The notes below the pieces were generated by a model, which saw only the letters and a program-made list of their open reading frames with translations, did no database searches and was not told the origin of the DNA. The translations under genes and the position numbers were made by a program. DNA of 64,000 nucleotides, from contig OZ220741.1 in the NCBI GenBank assembly GCA_965116885.1, positions 2,720,001-2,784,000 on the forward strand. The letters run 5' to 3'. How positions within the stretch are numbered: the stretch's first letter is position 1; every line of letters begins with the position of its first letter. Positions 18,249 to 26,724 of this stretch are shown here, one piece after another. The stretch comes from Candidatus Latescibacterota bacterium. Lineage in GTDB: Bacteria > Latescibacterota > UBA2968.

Positions 18249-19086
18249 GTCTCTTTCTATTGTTATGGTCATGGCAATCCTGATCAATGCGATGGCTCCC
18301 ACGCTCGCGTATGCAGCCACATACCTGCAAGGCGCAGAGGTCAATGCCAATACGCTGATCCGAGATGCCTACGTTGCGGTTACTTATTACGATAGCAAGG
18401 GCAAACAGGAATTGGAGAAGGGGTGGATTTATGCTATTGACGAGACCGCGTTTAAGATTCGGAGCAGAGCAATTTTCGGAAAGAAGACCATTGCTTATGA
18501 CAAAGTCAGGTCAGTGATCATGAGCGACGAATCTACCACACCGACAAAACAAATCAATGAAGTGGATCGGTTTATGAGAAAACGAGAGATAGAGCAAGCA
18601 AAACAAGATAGGGAACAGGCCGCATACATCGGGTTAACTAAATACGATACCAGGGTGCGTGTGCAGGCTCCGTCAATTCAGAAGAGACGGATAATTGGCA
18701 AACTTGTCAAAATGACGCAGGACACACTCGTTATCCAAAGGGGACGCACATTTTTTCAAGTATCCCGTTCTGATATCTCCAATTTCGAAGTGAATATTGG
18801 ACAGCATAGAAACACAGATAAAGGGATGAAATTCGGTATTGCCCTCGGTCTTGCAGTCCTCATTCCAGTCGCGATTGCCGATGCGAGAGAGGGAGGCGAA
18901 TTGCAAGGACTTCCCACATACTTCACCGCAACATACGTCTCTATACCGATATGTATTCTATCCACCCTTATTGGTGCTGCAACAAAATCTGATACCTGGG
19001 TCAAAATGCCGCCTCAACACCTTAACCTGAGTCTTGCCCCCACATCTACAAAAGGGCTACACGCCGCGCTTACGTTTAATTTTTAG
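18235..19086 (+). CDS. Secreted protein: two small beta domains + hydrophobic hairpin + C-terminal beta-signal (paralog of 21551-22642)
   Basis: Start moved to ATG 18235; signal peptide ending AYA; ends AALTFNF. Confidence 0.72.
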   Translation: MPIFRSLSIVMVMAILINAMAPTLAYAATYLQGAEVNANTLIRDAYVAVTYYDSKGKQELEKGWIYAIDETAFKIRSRAIFGKKTIAYDKVRSVIMSDESTTPTKQINEVDRFMRKREIEQAKQDREQAAYIGLTKYDTRVRVQAPSIQKRRIIGKLVKMTQDTLVIQRGRTFFQVSRSDISNFEVNIGQHRNTDKGMKFGIALGLAVLIPVAIADAREGGELQGLPTYFTATYVSIPICILSTLIGAATKSDTWVKMPPQHLNLSLAPTSTKGLHAALTFNF

Positions 19087-19156
19087 TGAGATTCACTTTA
19101 GCCGCAAATTACTCTTAGTGTTGGGGATCACGTCCTTTATTCGACAGGAGAAGTTC

Positions 19157-20068
19157 ATGGCACGAATGGTTGTTATGGTTTTGTTTCTGGGCGCATGTAT
19201 GCCAATGATCTTGCAGGCAGAAGTAGTTCTGGAAGTCAGTGAGATTGACAGTAGCAAGGTCGGCGCGTATGTGGTAATCATTTATGGGGAAGGAGAGAGG
19301 CATCCGGTCTCTGGGAGGTGGGAAAGAATGGCTACTGTGAGAGGATATATCAAGATGATTGATTCAGAACGGTTGATCATCGGCATTCATTCTTGGAAGA
19401 CGGAGATTGAGCGTGACCAAATTCACAAGCTGACCATTGTGGTTTCTGCACAGGAAAGAACGGGAAAGCAGCGTTCCTTGAGAGTACGGTACAGACCAAA
19501 TCTAACGCTTGAAGCCGATTATTTTGGGGGCGTCGATAAAGCGAACACCGGATACTTCATTTTCGGTGAGAGACATCAAAAGGCACTGCCCTGGTCCGCA
19601 TCGGTCTATTTCGGCGATTTCTTTTCAAGTGAAAGAAGTTCACGCATTGGGCTAAGATATGCCTATCGAAAAGTGCATATCTTCCCGGAATCTCCTGACT
19701 TAGAGCATGTAAATCCATATCCTCCAAGTGCCGCTGAGCTTAGACGACGTGTGGAGGGTATCACGGGACAGTTGATTTCGTTATTGCTGGTCACTCAATA
19801 TGCCCTCTATAAGAGTAAATACGCTGCCGTAATGGCCGATCTTGCGTTTGGTTTATCTTTTGAGAAATACTACTACATTCGCGGAGGGGATCCGTTCGGA
19901 CCTGAAGCTACCCGTCCACAGGGTTCGGTAGGTGTCACTCTCTTAATACCTATTCATCCGCATATCGGTGTGCAAGCCACTGCGCGAGCAGACTTATTTT
20001 GGGAGTATTTGGGAAATTATTTTGTGAAGGGGAAGTCCGTGGCGGTTGGACCGTTTTTGAGATTTTAA
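19157..20068 (+). CDS. Secreted protein: small beta domain + probable beta-barrel
   Basis: ATG 19157 with AGGAG; N-terminal domain shared with 20106-20909; ends VGPFLRF. Confidence 0.72.
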   Translation: MARMVVMVLFLGACMPMILQAEVVLEVSEIDSSKVGAYVVIIYGEGERHPVSGRWERMATVRGYIKMIDSERLIIGIHSWKTEIERDQIHKLTIVVSAQERTGKQRSLRVRYRPNLTLEADYFGGVDKANTGYFIFGERHQKALPWSASVYFGDFFSSERSSRIGLRYAYRKVHIFPESPDLEHVNPYPPSAAELRRRVEGITGQLISLLLVTQYALYKSKYAAVMADLAFGLSFEKYYYIRGGDPFGPEATRPQGSVGVTLLIPIHPHIGVQATARADLFWEYLGNYFVKGKSVAVGPFLRF

Positions 20069-20105
20069 GAAGTTCTGTGTTCAAGTATTTTGACAGGCGA
20101 AATTT

Positions 20106-20909
20106 ATGGTACGAATAGCAACAATCATTTTGTTTCTGGGCATGTGTATGCCAGAGGTCTTGCCAGCAGAGATGGTCCTTGAAGCCGGTGAGATTGATAG
20201 CAGTAAGGTTGAAGTCGGTGCCTATGTCGAGGTCATCTATGGAACTGGTAAACGGGATCAAGTCTCAGGGAAGTGGGAGAGGCTGGACACTGTACGGGGA
20301 TATATCAAAGCTGTTGATGCTGAGAGTTTGACTATTGGACGTGGTTTTTGGAAGGAGCAGATAGTCTTTGAGCGCATTCAAAAGCTGACCATTGCAGAGT
20401 CTGACCGTGAAATAGACAGGCTTAAAGAGACGACTGATTCGCCCTCTGTGAGAAAAGAGAATGGGTATTCGCGAATGACCAAAAAGTTGGGCTGCGGTGC
20501 TCTTGCTGGGTTCTTATCCGGCATTGTAGGGACCGGAATCGTTGCAGCGATGGATGACTGCCATTCTCAATCTAAAGATATAGGATGTTTGATTCTACCA
20601 TTTGCAATCGGTGGAGGGATTGGCTGGGTAGTCGGTGTGCCCGTCGGCGTGAGCTTATGTGATCCACATGATCGGTTTACCTATTCATTGGCAGGTAGCC
20701 TGATAGGAAGTACAGTAAGTCTTGCGGTGCTCAAGATGGACGAAAAAATCGCAGAAGACCTCTGGCCGGCCCTTGTTATCAGTCCCCTTATTGGCGCGGC
20801 GATCATGTCCGAGTTGTTCCGCAAACCGTTAGAGGATCGTCGTGTCTCTATCGGTCTGCTGCCCGGTCCCAAAGGTAGGGTATTCGCTGTTGCTACGCTT
20901 CGATTTTGA
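20106..20909 (+). CDS. Secreted protein: small beta domain + Gly-rich hydrophobic helices + C-terminal beta-signal
   Basis: EIDSSKV..GAYV.VIYG..SGKWER..TVRGYIK shared with the previous gene; ends AVATLRF. Confidence 0.72.
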   Translation: MVRIATIILFLGMCMPEVLPAEMVLEAGEIDSSKVEVGAYVEVIYGTGKRDQVSGKWERLDTVRGYIKAVDAESLTIGRGFWKEQIVFERIQKLTIAESDREIDRLKETTDSPSVRKENGYSRMTKKLGCGALAGFLSGIVGTGIVAAMDDCHSQSKDIGCLILPFAIGGGIGWVVGVPVGVSLCDPHDRFTYSLAGSLIGSTVSLAVLKMDEKIAEDLWPALVISPLIGAAIMSELFRKPLEDRRVSIGLLPGPKGRVFAVATLRF

Positions 20910-20994
20910 GTTTGCTGCTGTCTCAAAAGGAAAAATCTATAAAAAAAAGGCGACTCTGATGGACACCTGAAATAATGCCTTAGTATCTCACACT

Positions 20995-21261
20995 TTACAT
21001 ACGCTGTTTGGCGGGGCGTGCAGGTACGCCCATCAACATGCCTTTTGCACTGATGTCTTCGTCAATATCCGGCCAGTGAACGCCCTGACCATCGCCGATA
21101 AATTCATAGTTTTCACGCTGAGTAGGCGTTGCGTCTGCAAGTCGCCAGGACCAGACGAGCGGTACACTGATTGTTCGACCATCCACCAAATCCGCGATGA
21201 TCAATTCCTCAGTGATCTCAATGGCTTTGATGCGCGGTTCCGTATTATTCACAGTGTTCAC
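20995..21261 (-). CDS. DUF2442 family protein (putative antitoxin)
   Basis: LVDGRTISVPLVWSWRL..AT..QRENYE.IGDGQGVHWPDIDEDIS. Confidence 0.88.
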   Translation of the reverse strand: MNTVNNTEPRIKAIEITEELIIADLVDGRTISVPLVWSWRLADATPTQRENYEFIGDGQGVHWPDIDEDISAKGMLMGVPARPAKQRM

Positions 21262-21481
21262 GCCATGCCTCCAAAATTATCACGTAGTTAGATTGGATTA
21301 ACCGCCGGATTTCATTCAGTTCATGAGGGGGGAAACCGTAATTTTTGCACAACGCAATGGGTTCGAGCCAATATTTGCATGTTCTTCTGTCTCGTCTCAC
21401 ATGCACATGTCGAGGTTCATGACAGTCAAAACTATAAAAGAAAAATCGATATGGCCCCTGTATGTTGCTGACCCTTGGCAT
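21245..21481 (-). CDS. DUF4160 family protein (putative toxin partner)
   Basis: GPYRFFFYSFDCHEPRHVHV..CKYWLEP..LEAWREH; overlaps the DUF2442 gene. Confidence 0.88.
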   Translation of the reverse strand: MPRVSNIQGPYRFFFYSFDCHEPRHVHVRRDRRTCKYWLEPIALCKNYGFPPHELNEIRRLIQSNYVIILEAWREHCE

Positions 21482-21550
21482 TATGACCTCCAGCCTGAAT
21501 TAGATTACTCAATATTCAAGGTTATATCAACAAAAAAATAGGAGAATCTC

Positions 21551-22642
21551 ATGTGCACAGAGCACAATGTTCGTCAAGCCATCGCCATCCTGGTCACTAC
21601 AGCCCTCTTGCTCAACGCGATAGCTCCCACGCTCGCGCATGCAGCCACATACTTGCAAGGCGTGGAGGCCAATGCCAATACTTTGGTCCGAGATGCCTAT
21701 GTGCAAGTCACCTATCGCAACCACAACGGTGAGGAAAAAACGGAGAGAGGATGGATTGATGCAGTTGGTGAAACTTCGTTTACAATTCGCAGTGGACATT
21801 GGACCAAGAAAACCATTACATACGCCAAAGTGCTGTCCGTGATTATGAGTGAAGAATCAACCACGCTAAAGCAGATGAATGAGGTGAATCGGTTTATTGG
21901 AGAGAGAAAAAAAGAGGAAGAGTTGAAGGCCATCACGGTCATGTCACGCGGGCAGATTGATCCTGCAAAGATTACGAAGAGATGGTATGCCCATGCCATC
22001 TACATGAGAAAAAAAATAAAAAAAACAGCAACTGGAAAGATTATCCATAAGGACTCAGACCGTATTGTAATCCAAAATAGGGAGGAGTTCTGGAAAAGCT
22101 GGAAAATAGCATACAGCGAGATTGATAGACTCGCTATTGCGAAACATCAACGAGATATTGAAGGATGGATGGTTATGCAATTGCTCCATGAGGGAAATGC
22201 CAAAGTGCGCGCCCGTGTTCCTTCAATTCAAAAGCAATGGATGATTGGTAAGGTTGAAAAAATGACGCAAGACACACTCGTTGTCCGTGGAGAACTTGCA
22301 CTTTATGGACGTAAGGTGCCTCTTTCTTCAATTTCCGATTTTGAAGTGAACATTGGACAGCATAGAAACACGGGGAAAGGCTCTATATTCGGTTTGGCTC
22401 TCGGTCTTGCCGTCCTTGCTCCAGTTGCGATAGCAGACGCGAGAGATGAGGACGAATGGCAAAGATTTGCCACAATCAGGACCGCGACGTTTATATCTCT
22501 ACCTATTTGGGTTCTCTCCACTATCATTGGTGCTACAATAAAAACCGATAAATGGGTCGAGGTGCCGCCTCAACGTCTCAATCTGAGCGTTGCACCCACA
22601 TCTGCAAAAGGACTTCGCGCCGCACTCACGTTTAATTTTTGA
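21551..22642 (+). CDS. Secreted protein: three small beta domains + hydrophobic hairpin + C-terminal beta-signal
   Basis: High DNA similarity to 18235-19086 at both ends; ends RAALTFNF. Confidence 0.75.
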   Translation: MCTEHNVRQAIAILVTTALLLNAIAPTLAHAATYLQGVEANANTLVRDAYVQVTYRNHNGEEKTERGWIDAVGETSFTIRSGHWTKKTITYAKVLSVIMSEESTTLKQMNEVNRFIGERKKEEELKAITVMSRGQIDPAKITKRWYAHAIYMRKKIKKTATGKIIHKDSDRIVIQNREEFWKSWKIAYSEIDRLAIAKHQRDIEGWMVMQLLHEGNAKVRARVPSIQKQWMIGKVEKMTQDTLVVRGELALYGRKVPLSSISDFEVNIGQHRNTGKGSIFGLALGLAVLAPVAIADARDEDEWQRFATIRTATFISLPIWVLSTIIGATIKTDKWVEVPPQRLNLSVAPTSAKGLRAALTFNF

Positions 22643-22651
22643 TTCAAGGAT

Positions 22652-23422
22652 TTATTTTTTTTTTGAATCCAACACGCGGAATCCATATCGCTGAAAGATC
22701 GCAGCCGCTGTGTCTGATTGAAGAAAGTGCATGGCGGCTTTGACTGTTTGTGTGCGCCGTCCTTTTACGATGGCGATTGGATATACAATGGGTGTGCTCA
22801 ATAGGGAATCGGGCAGTGTGGCGATTACCGCGACGCCAGCGCTGATTGTCGCGTCTGTGGCATAGACAATGCCGGCTGCACATTCACCGCGGGCGACCAG
22901 TGTGAGTGCGCCGCGCACGTCCATTGCCGGGGCGATGCGGTTTTTGAGCAGGGTCCACCAACCCAATTTTTTCAGGGCTTCTACAGCGTAGATACCCGCA
23001 GGTACATGAGAGGGGTCGCCCAGGGATAGTTGTCCGTCGAATGCGCCGGGGAAGTCAAAGTCCGCGTGGGGTTCGATATCGAATTTTTCATTTTTGGGGG
23101 AGATGATTACGAGGGCGTTGCCCAGGAGGTTGATTCGGGTATTGGGTTCGAGCAATTTTTCCGTTGCCAAAAAATCCATCCATTTTACATTAGCTGAGAA
23201 ATATATATCCGCAGGCGCACCCAGGGCTATCTGTTTGGCGAGGATCGAAGAACCGGCAAAAGACATTCGCAACGATATGCCCTGTTTTTCTGCGGTTTTG
23301 GAGAGGTCCTGCAGAGCACTTGTCAAGCTGGCTGCAGCATATACGGTCACGGGTTCGGCAAGGGCGATTCCACGCGTTGAGAGGCAAGTTGCGATGAAGA
23401 TGTAGATGAATAGTTTTTTCAT
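22652..23422 (-). CDS. modA: Molybdate ABC transporter substrate-binding protein
   Basis: VYAAASL, FAGSSILAKQI..GAPADIYFSAN, GDPSHVPAGIYA, GIVYATDA, PIVYP. Confidence 0.92.
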   Translation of the reverse strand: MKKLFIYIFIATCLSTRGIALAEPVTVYAAASLTSALQDLSKTAEKQGISLRMSFAGSSILAKQIALGAPADIYFSANVKWMDFLATEKLLEPNTRINLLGNALVIISPKNEKFDIEPHADFDFPGAFDGQLSLGDPSHVPAGIYAVEALKKLGWWTLLKNRIAPAMDVRGALTLVARGECAAGIVYATDATISAGVAVIATLPDSLLSTPIVYPIAIVKGRRTQTVKAAMHFLQSDTAAAIFQRYGFRVLDSKKK

Positions 23423-23439
23423 GAGATAAGGAGAATAGT

Positions 23440-24087
23440 ATGTCCGATTTTTGGATTCAAGATGGCGAGACGATGTTGTTTATTGGCGATAGTATTACGG
23501 ATTGTGGGCGGCGTGCGGCTGAGGCGCCGATGGGCAATGGGTATGTGCGGGCGTTTACAGAGATTGTGACGGCGCAGTTTCCCGAGCGAAAGATCAATTA
23601 TATCAATAGGGGAATTGGTGGTAATCGCGTGACGCATTTGCACGAGCGCTGGCGAGAAGACGTGATTGATCACGCGCCGGATAAGTTGTCGATTAAGATC
23701 GGGATTAATGATTTGCACAGCGTTTTGCGAGAGGCGGAGGATGCGGTTCCGCCCGCGCGATTTGAAGAATTGTACGATGCGATTTTGGATGCGACACAAC
23801 GGGAGATTGGGTGTCCTGTTGTGCTGATTACGCCGTTTTATATTTCCACGGATACATCCGGGGAGACGTTCCAGAGCGAGGTTATGGCGTTGATTCCGGA
23901 GTATATCGGCATTGTGGAGAAGATGAGCGAGAAGTACGGGACAAAGCTGTTGCGTTTGCACGATCTTTTCCAGGCGCATTTGAAATATAGAGGTTCAGAA
24001 ACTTTTTGTCCAGAGCCTGTGCATCCCAATCGGACAGGGCACTTTATTATTGCGGATGCGTTGTTTAAGATGCTGTGTAAAGGGTGA
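23440..24087 (+). CDS. SGNH/GDSL hydrolase
   Basis: FIGDSITD, NRGIGG, IGIND, EPVHPN. Confidence 0.9.
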   Translation: MSDFWIQDGETMLFIGDSITDCGRRAAEAPMGNGYVRAFTEIVTAQFPERKINYINRGIGGNRVTHLHERWREDVIDHAPDKLSIKIGINDLHSVLREAEDAVPPARFEELYDAILDATQREIGCPVVLITPFYISTDTSGETFQSEVMALIPEYIGIVEKMSEKYGTKLLRLHDLFQAHLKYRGSETFCPEPVHPNRTGHFIIADALFKMLCKG

Positions 24088-24134
24088 GACTGAGGGGCAT
24101 ACCATATCGGCTTTCTTCAATTGGAGGCATATCA

Positions 24135-25217
24135 ATGGACAAGCTCAAAATTGCACATATCGGCACGGGGAATCGTGGAACAAACGTGTACCTTCCGCTC
24201 ATCGCTAAGTTGGACGGCCTTGAACTGGTCGCTGTTTGCGATGTAAGCGAAGATTCCGTCGAAGCGCAGGGGGCAAAGTATAGCGTTGCTGCATATACAG
24301 ATACCGCTGAGATGCTGGAAAAAGAGAAGCCGGATATTTGTTCCATCGTTATTACCCCCAGCAATAATCATGTCCCGGGGCTGTTGTGCTCTGAACACGG
24401 CGTGAGTTACTGCACCGAGACGCCGATCGACACAGACCTCGGCTGGGCAGACGAGATGATCGCGTCCGCAAAGCAGCACGGGACGAAGATTGAGGTCAAT
24501 GAAAACTATTATCGCGTGCCATCGGAACGGATTAAACGCGAGATGATTCTGGCGGGTGTATTCGGCAAGATCAACGTTGCATACAACGAATTTCGCGGAC
24601 ACGGGTATCACGGGGTCGGCTTGATTCGCAGTTACGTCGGTTTTGATAACGAACCTCTGCGCGTGTTCGGTGTTCGAAAGAGCTTTGCAGTGCAGGAGCA
24701 CGTCTGGCGGCGAGGTCAGCCGACACGCGACTCAGAGGATTGGCAACAAGGCGTCATCGAATTTGCCGATGGTGCGGTCGGGATATTCCATTTCAGCAGT
24801 TTGTCTTATGGTTCGCCGCTTCGCGGTTTCAACGGTACGAAGTTCTACGCCGAGCGTGGGATGTGCTTCCGCGATGAAGCGGTCATTCTGAATGACACTG
24901 CCGATGAGCAGCGCAAAATCACGATCGCCCGCAAAACCAACGATGTCGATGGGTTTGAGACCCTCGCTGCACTCGTGGCGGATACAACGCCGGAGGTGGT
25001 GTGGGAAAATCCGTTGCAAAATTATCCGCTCAGTGATGGCGAAATTACCGTTGCGTCAGAATTGATGAGTATCGCAAATGCCGTTCGCAACGATACCGAG
25101 CCTGAATATGGGGCTTATAACGGTCGCAAGGACCGGGAGATTGACGTGGCGATGGCGAGATCGTGGGCAAATGATGGTGAGCCTGTGGCGTTCCCATTTG
25201 AATACGAGCGGCGGTAA
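24135..25217 (+). CDS. Gfo/Idh/MocA family oxidoreductase
   Basis: ATG 24135 with GGAGG; KIAHIGTGNRG, ELVAVCD, ETPI. Confidence 0.85.
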   Translation: MDKLKIAHIGTGNRGTNVYLPLIAKLDGLELVAVCDVSEDSVEAQGAKYSVAAYTDTAEMLEKEKPDICSIVITPSNNHVPGLLCSEHGVSYCTETPIDTDLGWADEMIASAKQHGTKIEVNENYYRVPSERIKREMILAGVFGKINVAYNEFRGHGYHGVGLIRSYVGFDNEPLRVFGVRKSFAVQEHVWRRGQPTRDSEDWQQGVIEFADGAVGIFHFSSLSYGSPLRGFNGTKFYAERGMCFRDEAVILNDTADEQRKITIARKTNDVDGFETLAALVADTTPEVVWENPLQNYPLSDGEITVASELMSIANAVRNDTEPEYGAYNGRKDREIDVAMARSWANDGEPVAFPFEYERR

Positions 25218-25242
25218 GCTCTCCAGAGGAACATCACCCTAA

Positions 25243-25295
25243 TCATCTGTACATCTGCGTACATCTGCGTTCATCTGCGGATGCTTTTCGCCTTT
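25243..25295 (-). repeat. Decamer tandem repeat element (copy of 8236-8280); contains the stop codon of the aminotransferase gene
   Basis: Minus strand aaaggcgaaaagcatccgcagaTGAacgcagatgtacgcagatgtacagatga. Confidence 0.75.
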
Positions 25296-26560
25296 AGCTT
25301 TTTCAACCGTTTTGCTGCTTCGCGCAGGCTGTGGAGAGTGCGGCAGAAGGCAAATCGCAAGTATCGGTTGCCTTCATTGCCCGTTGCGTAGAAGTTGTCG
25401 CCTGGTACAGGGGTGACACCGATTTCCTGGGTCATGTACAGGGCGGAATCGGTTGGATTCATGTCGCATAAGGTGGGGACAGAGCGGTAATCGGCAAAGA
25501 GGTAGTAGGAGCCGTCGGGTGGGGTGATTTTGAATCCGGTGGATTGGAGGGCTTTGAGGAGCAGGTTGCGTTTTTGTAAGAATGGTTTGTGAATATTTTT
25601 GAAGATGGCGTCGGGCAACCGCAACAGGTGCTCGGCGCCTTTTTGCAATGGGGTGGGGGCCTGTACGACGAGGGTGTCGTGAACCGCGCGAATCCGCGGG
25701 GTGTGTTGTTCGGGCGATATGACCCAGCCGACGCGCCAGCCGCTGGCGTTGGCGGTTTTGGTGATGGCGTTGACGACGATGGTGCGCTCGGCCATACCGG
25801 CGAGTGTTGCGGGGCAGATGTGGACGCAATCGCCGTAGAGGATGTGTTCGTAGATTTCGTCGGTGATTAAAAATAGGTCGTGTTTGCAGCAGAGGTCTGC
25901 GATGAAGGCGAGCTCTGCTTCGGAGAAGACTTTGCCCGTGGGGTTGTGTGGCGTGTTGAGGATGAGTGCGCGCGCGCGTTTTGCCGCGGTGGCCCATTCG
26001 TCTTTGTCGATTGCCCAGCCATCGCTTTTTTCACGCAGGGTGACATATTCGCAATGCAGCCCGAACAGGCTGGCCTGGTTGGGATACATTTCGTGAAAGG
26101 GTTGTAAGACGATGACGCCATCGCCGGGATTGCACAGGGCGCGAAGTGTTGAAGATAGCCCTTCGGTCGCGCCTGCGGTAACGGTGATTTGCGTTTCGGG
26201 GTTGGGACGAAAGGCGTAGAATCGCCGGGTGTAGTCTGCGATGGCTTCTCGCAGTTCGGGCAATCCGTAGGGAAAGGAATACTGGTTGTAGCGGTCGTGT
26301 TCGGGTTGGAGGATGGCGCAGAGGTCTTTGAGTGAACGGGTATCGTTGCCCGCGTTGCGCGAGAGGAGGTCGCGCAGGGTGAGTGCGTGCAAGTGCTCGG
26401 CGCCTTCATCTGAGCCACCCAGTATGGCGGCGATGCCCGCCCAGGCGAGGTCGTAGAGTACGGGTTCGTCTGTGATCCCCTGAGAGAGGTTCACCGCATT
26501 GTGCTCAAGGGATAGGCGGGTCATGCGCCGGATGACGGATTCTTGTGGGGAAGAGAACAT
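25271..26560 (-). CDS. PLP-dependent aminotransferase class I/II (YbdL-like)
   Basis: VNLSQG, GLPELREAI, NTPHNPTGKV, TDEIYE, ITKT..SGWRVG, LRFAFC; start probably ATG 26560. Confidence 0.88.
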   Translation of the reverse strand: MFSSPQESVIRRMTRLSLEHNAVNLSQGITDEPVLYDLAWAGIAAILGGSDEGAEHLHALTLRDLLSRNAGNDTRSLKDLCAILQPEHDRYNQYSFPYGLPELREAIADYTRRFYAFRPNPETQITVTAGATEGLSSTLRALCNPGDGVIVLQPFHEMYPNQASLFGLHCEYVTLREKSDGWAIDKDEWATAAKRARALILNTPHNPTGKVFSEAELAFIADLCCKHDLFLITDEIYEHILYGDCVHICPATLAGMAERTIVVNAITKTANASGWRVGWVISPEQHTPRIRAVHDTLVVQAPTPLQKGAEHLLRLPDAIFKNIHKPFLQKRNLLLKALQSTGFKITPPDGSYYLFADYRSVPTLCDMNPTDSALYMTQEIGVTPVPGDNFYATGNEGNRYLRFAFCRTLHSLREAAKRLKKLKAKSIRR

Positions 26561-26566
26561 AAGTAA

Positions 26567-26680
26567 GCGAATAGATGGAGCGGTGTACAACTGGCCGCTT
26601 CTCAGGTCAGTTCATAGACGGAACGGGGTACAACTGCGCCAGCAGTTCATCAACGGAACGGAGTACAATTGCATCAATTC
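26567..26680 (+). repeat. Three degenerate tandem units: conserved leader + variable hairpin
   Basis: Units 26571-26613, 26614-26648 and 26649-26680 share at..a.gga.cgg.gtacaa.tg....ca.ttc. Confidence 0.75.
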
Positions 26681-26684
26681 ATAA

Positions 26685-26714
26685 TGTAGGGGCGGTGCCC
26701 CCGTGCCCGCCCGT
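26685..26714 (+). repeat. GTAG REP-like element
   Basis: tgtaggggcggtgcccccgtgcccgcccgt, one mismatch to 35028-35057. Confidence 0.8.
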
Positions 26715-26724
26715 TAGTTGGCCC

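Noticed and set aside
17700..22650. Integron cassette array or diversity-generating retroelement
   Set aside because: No attC-like RYYYAAC..GTTRRRY inverted structures recognised between genes, no integrase or reverse transcriptase, and paralog differences are not adenine-specific.
26571..26680. Possible mini-CRISPR array
   Set aside because: Units are degenerate and unequal (43, 35 and 32 bp), there are no spacer-length unique segments, and no cas genes are present.
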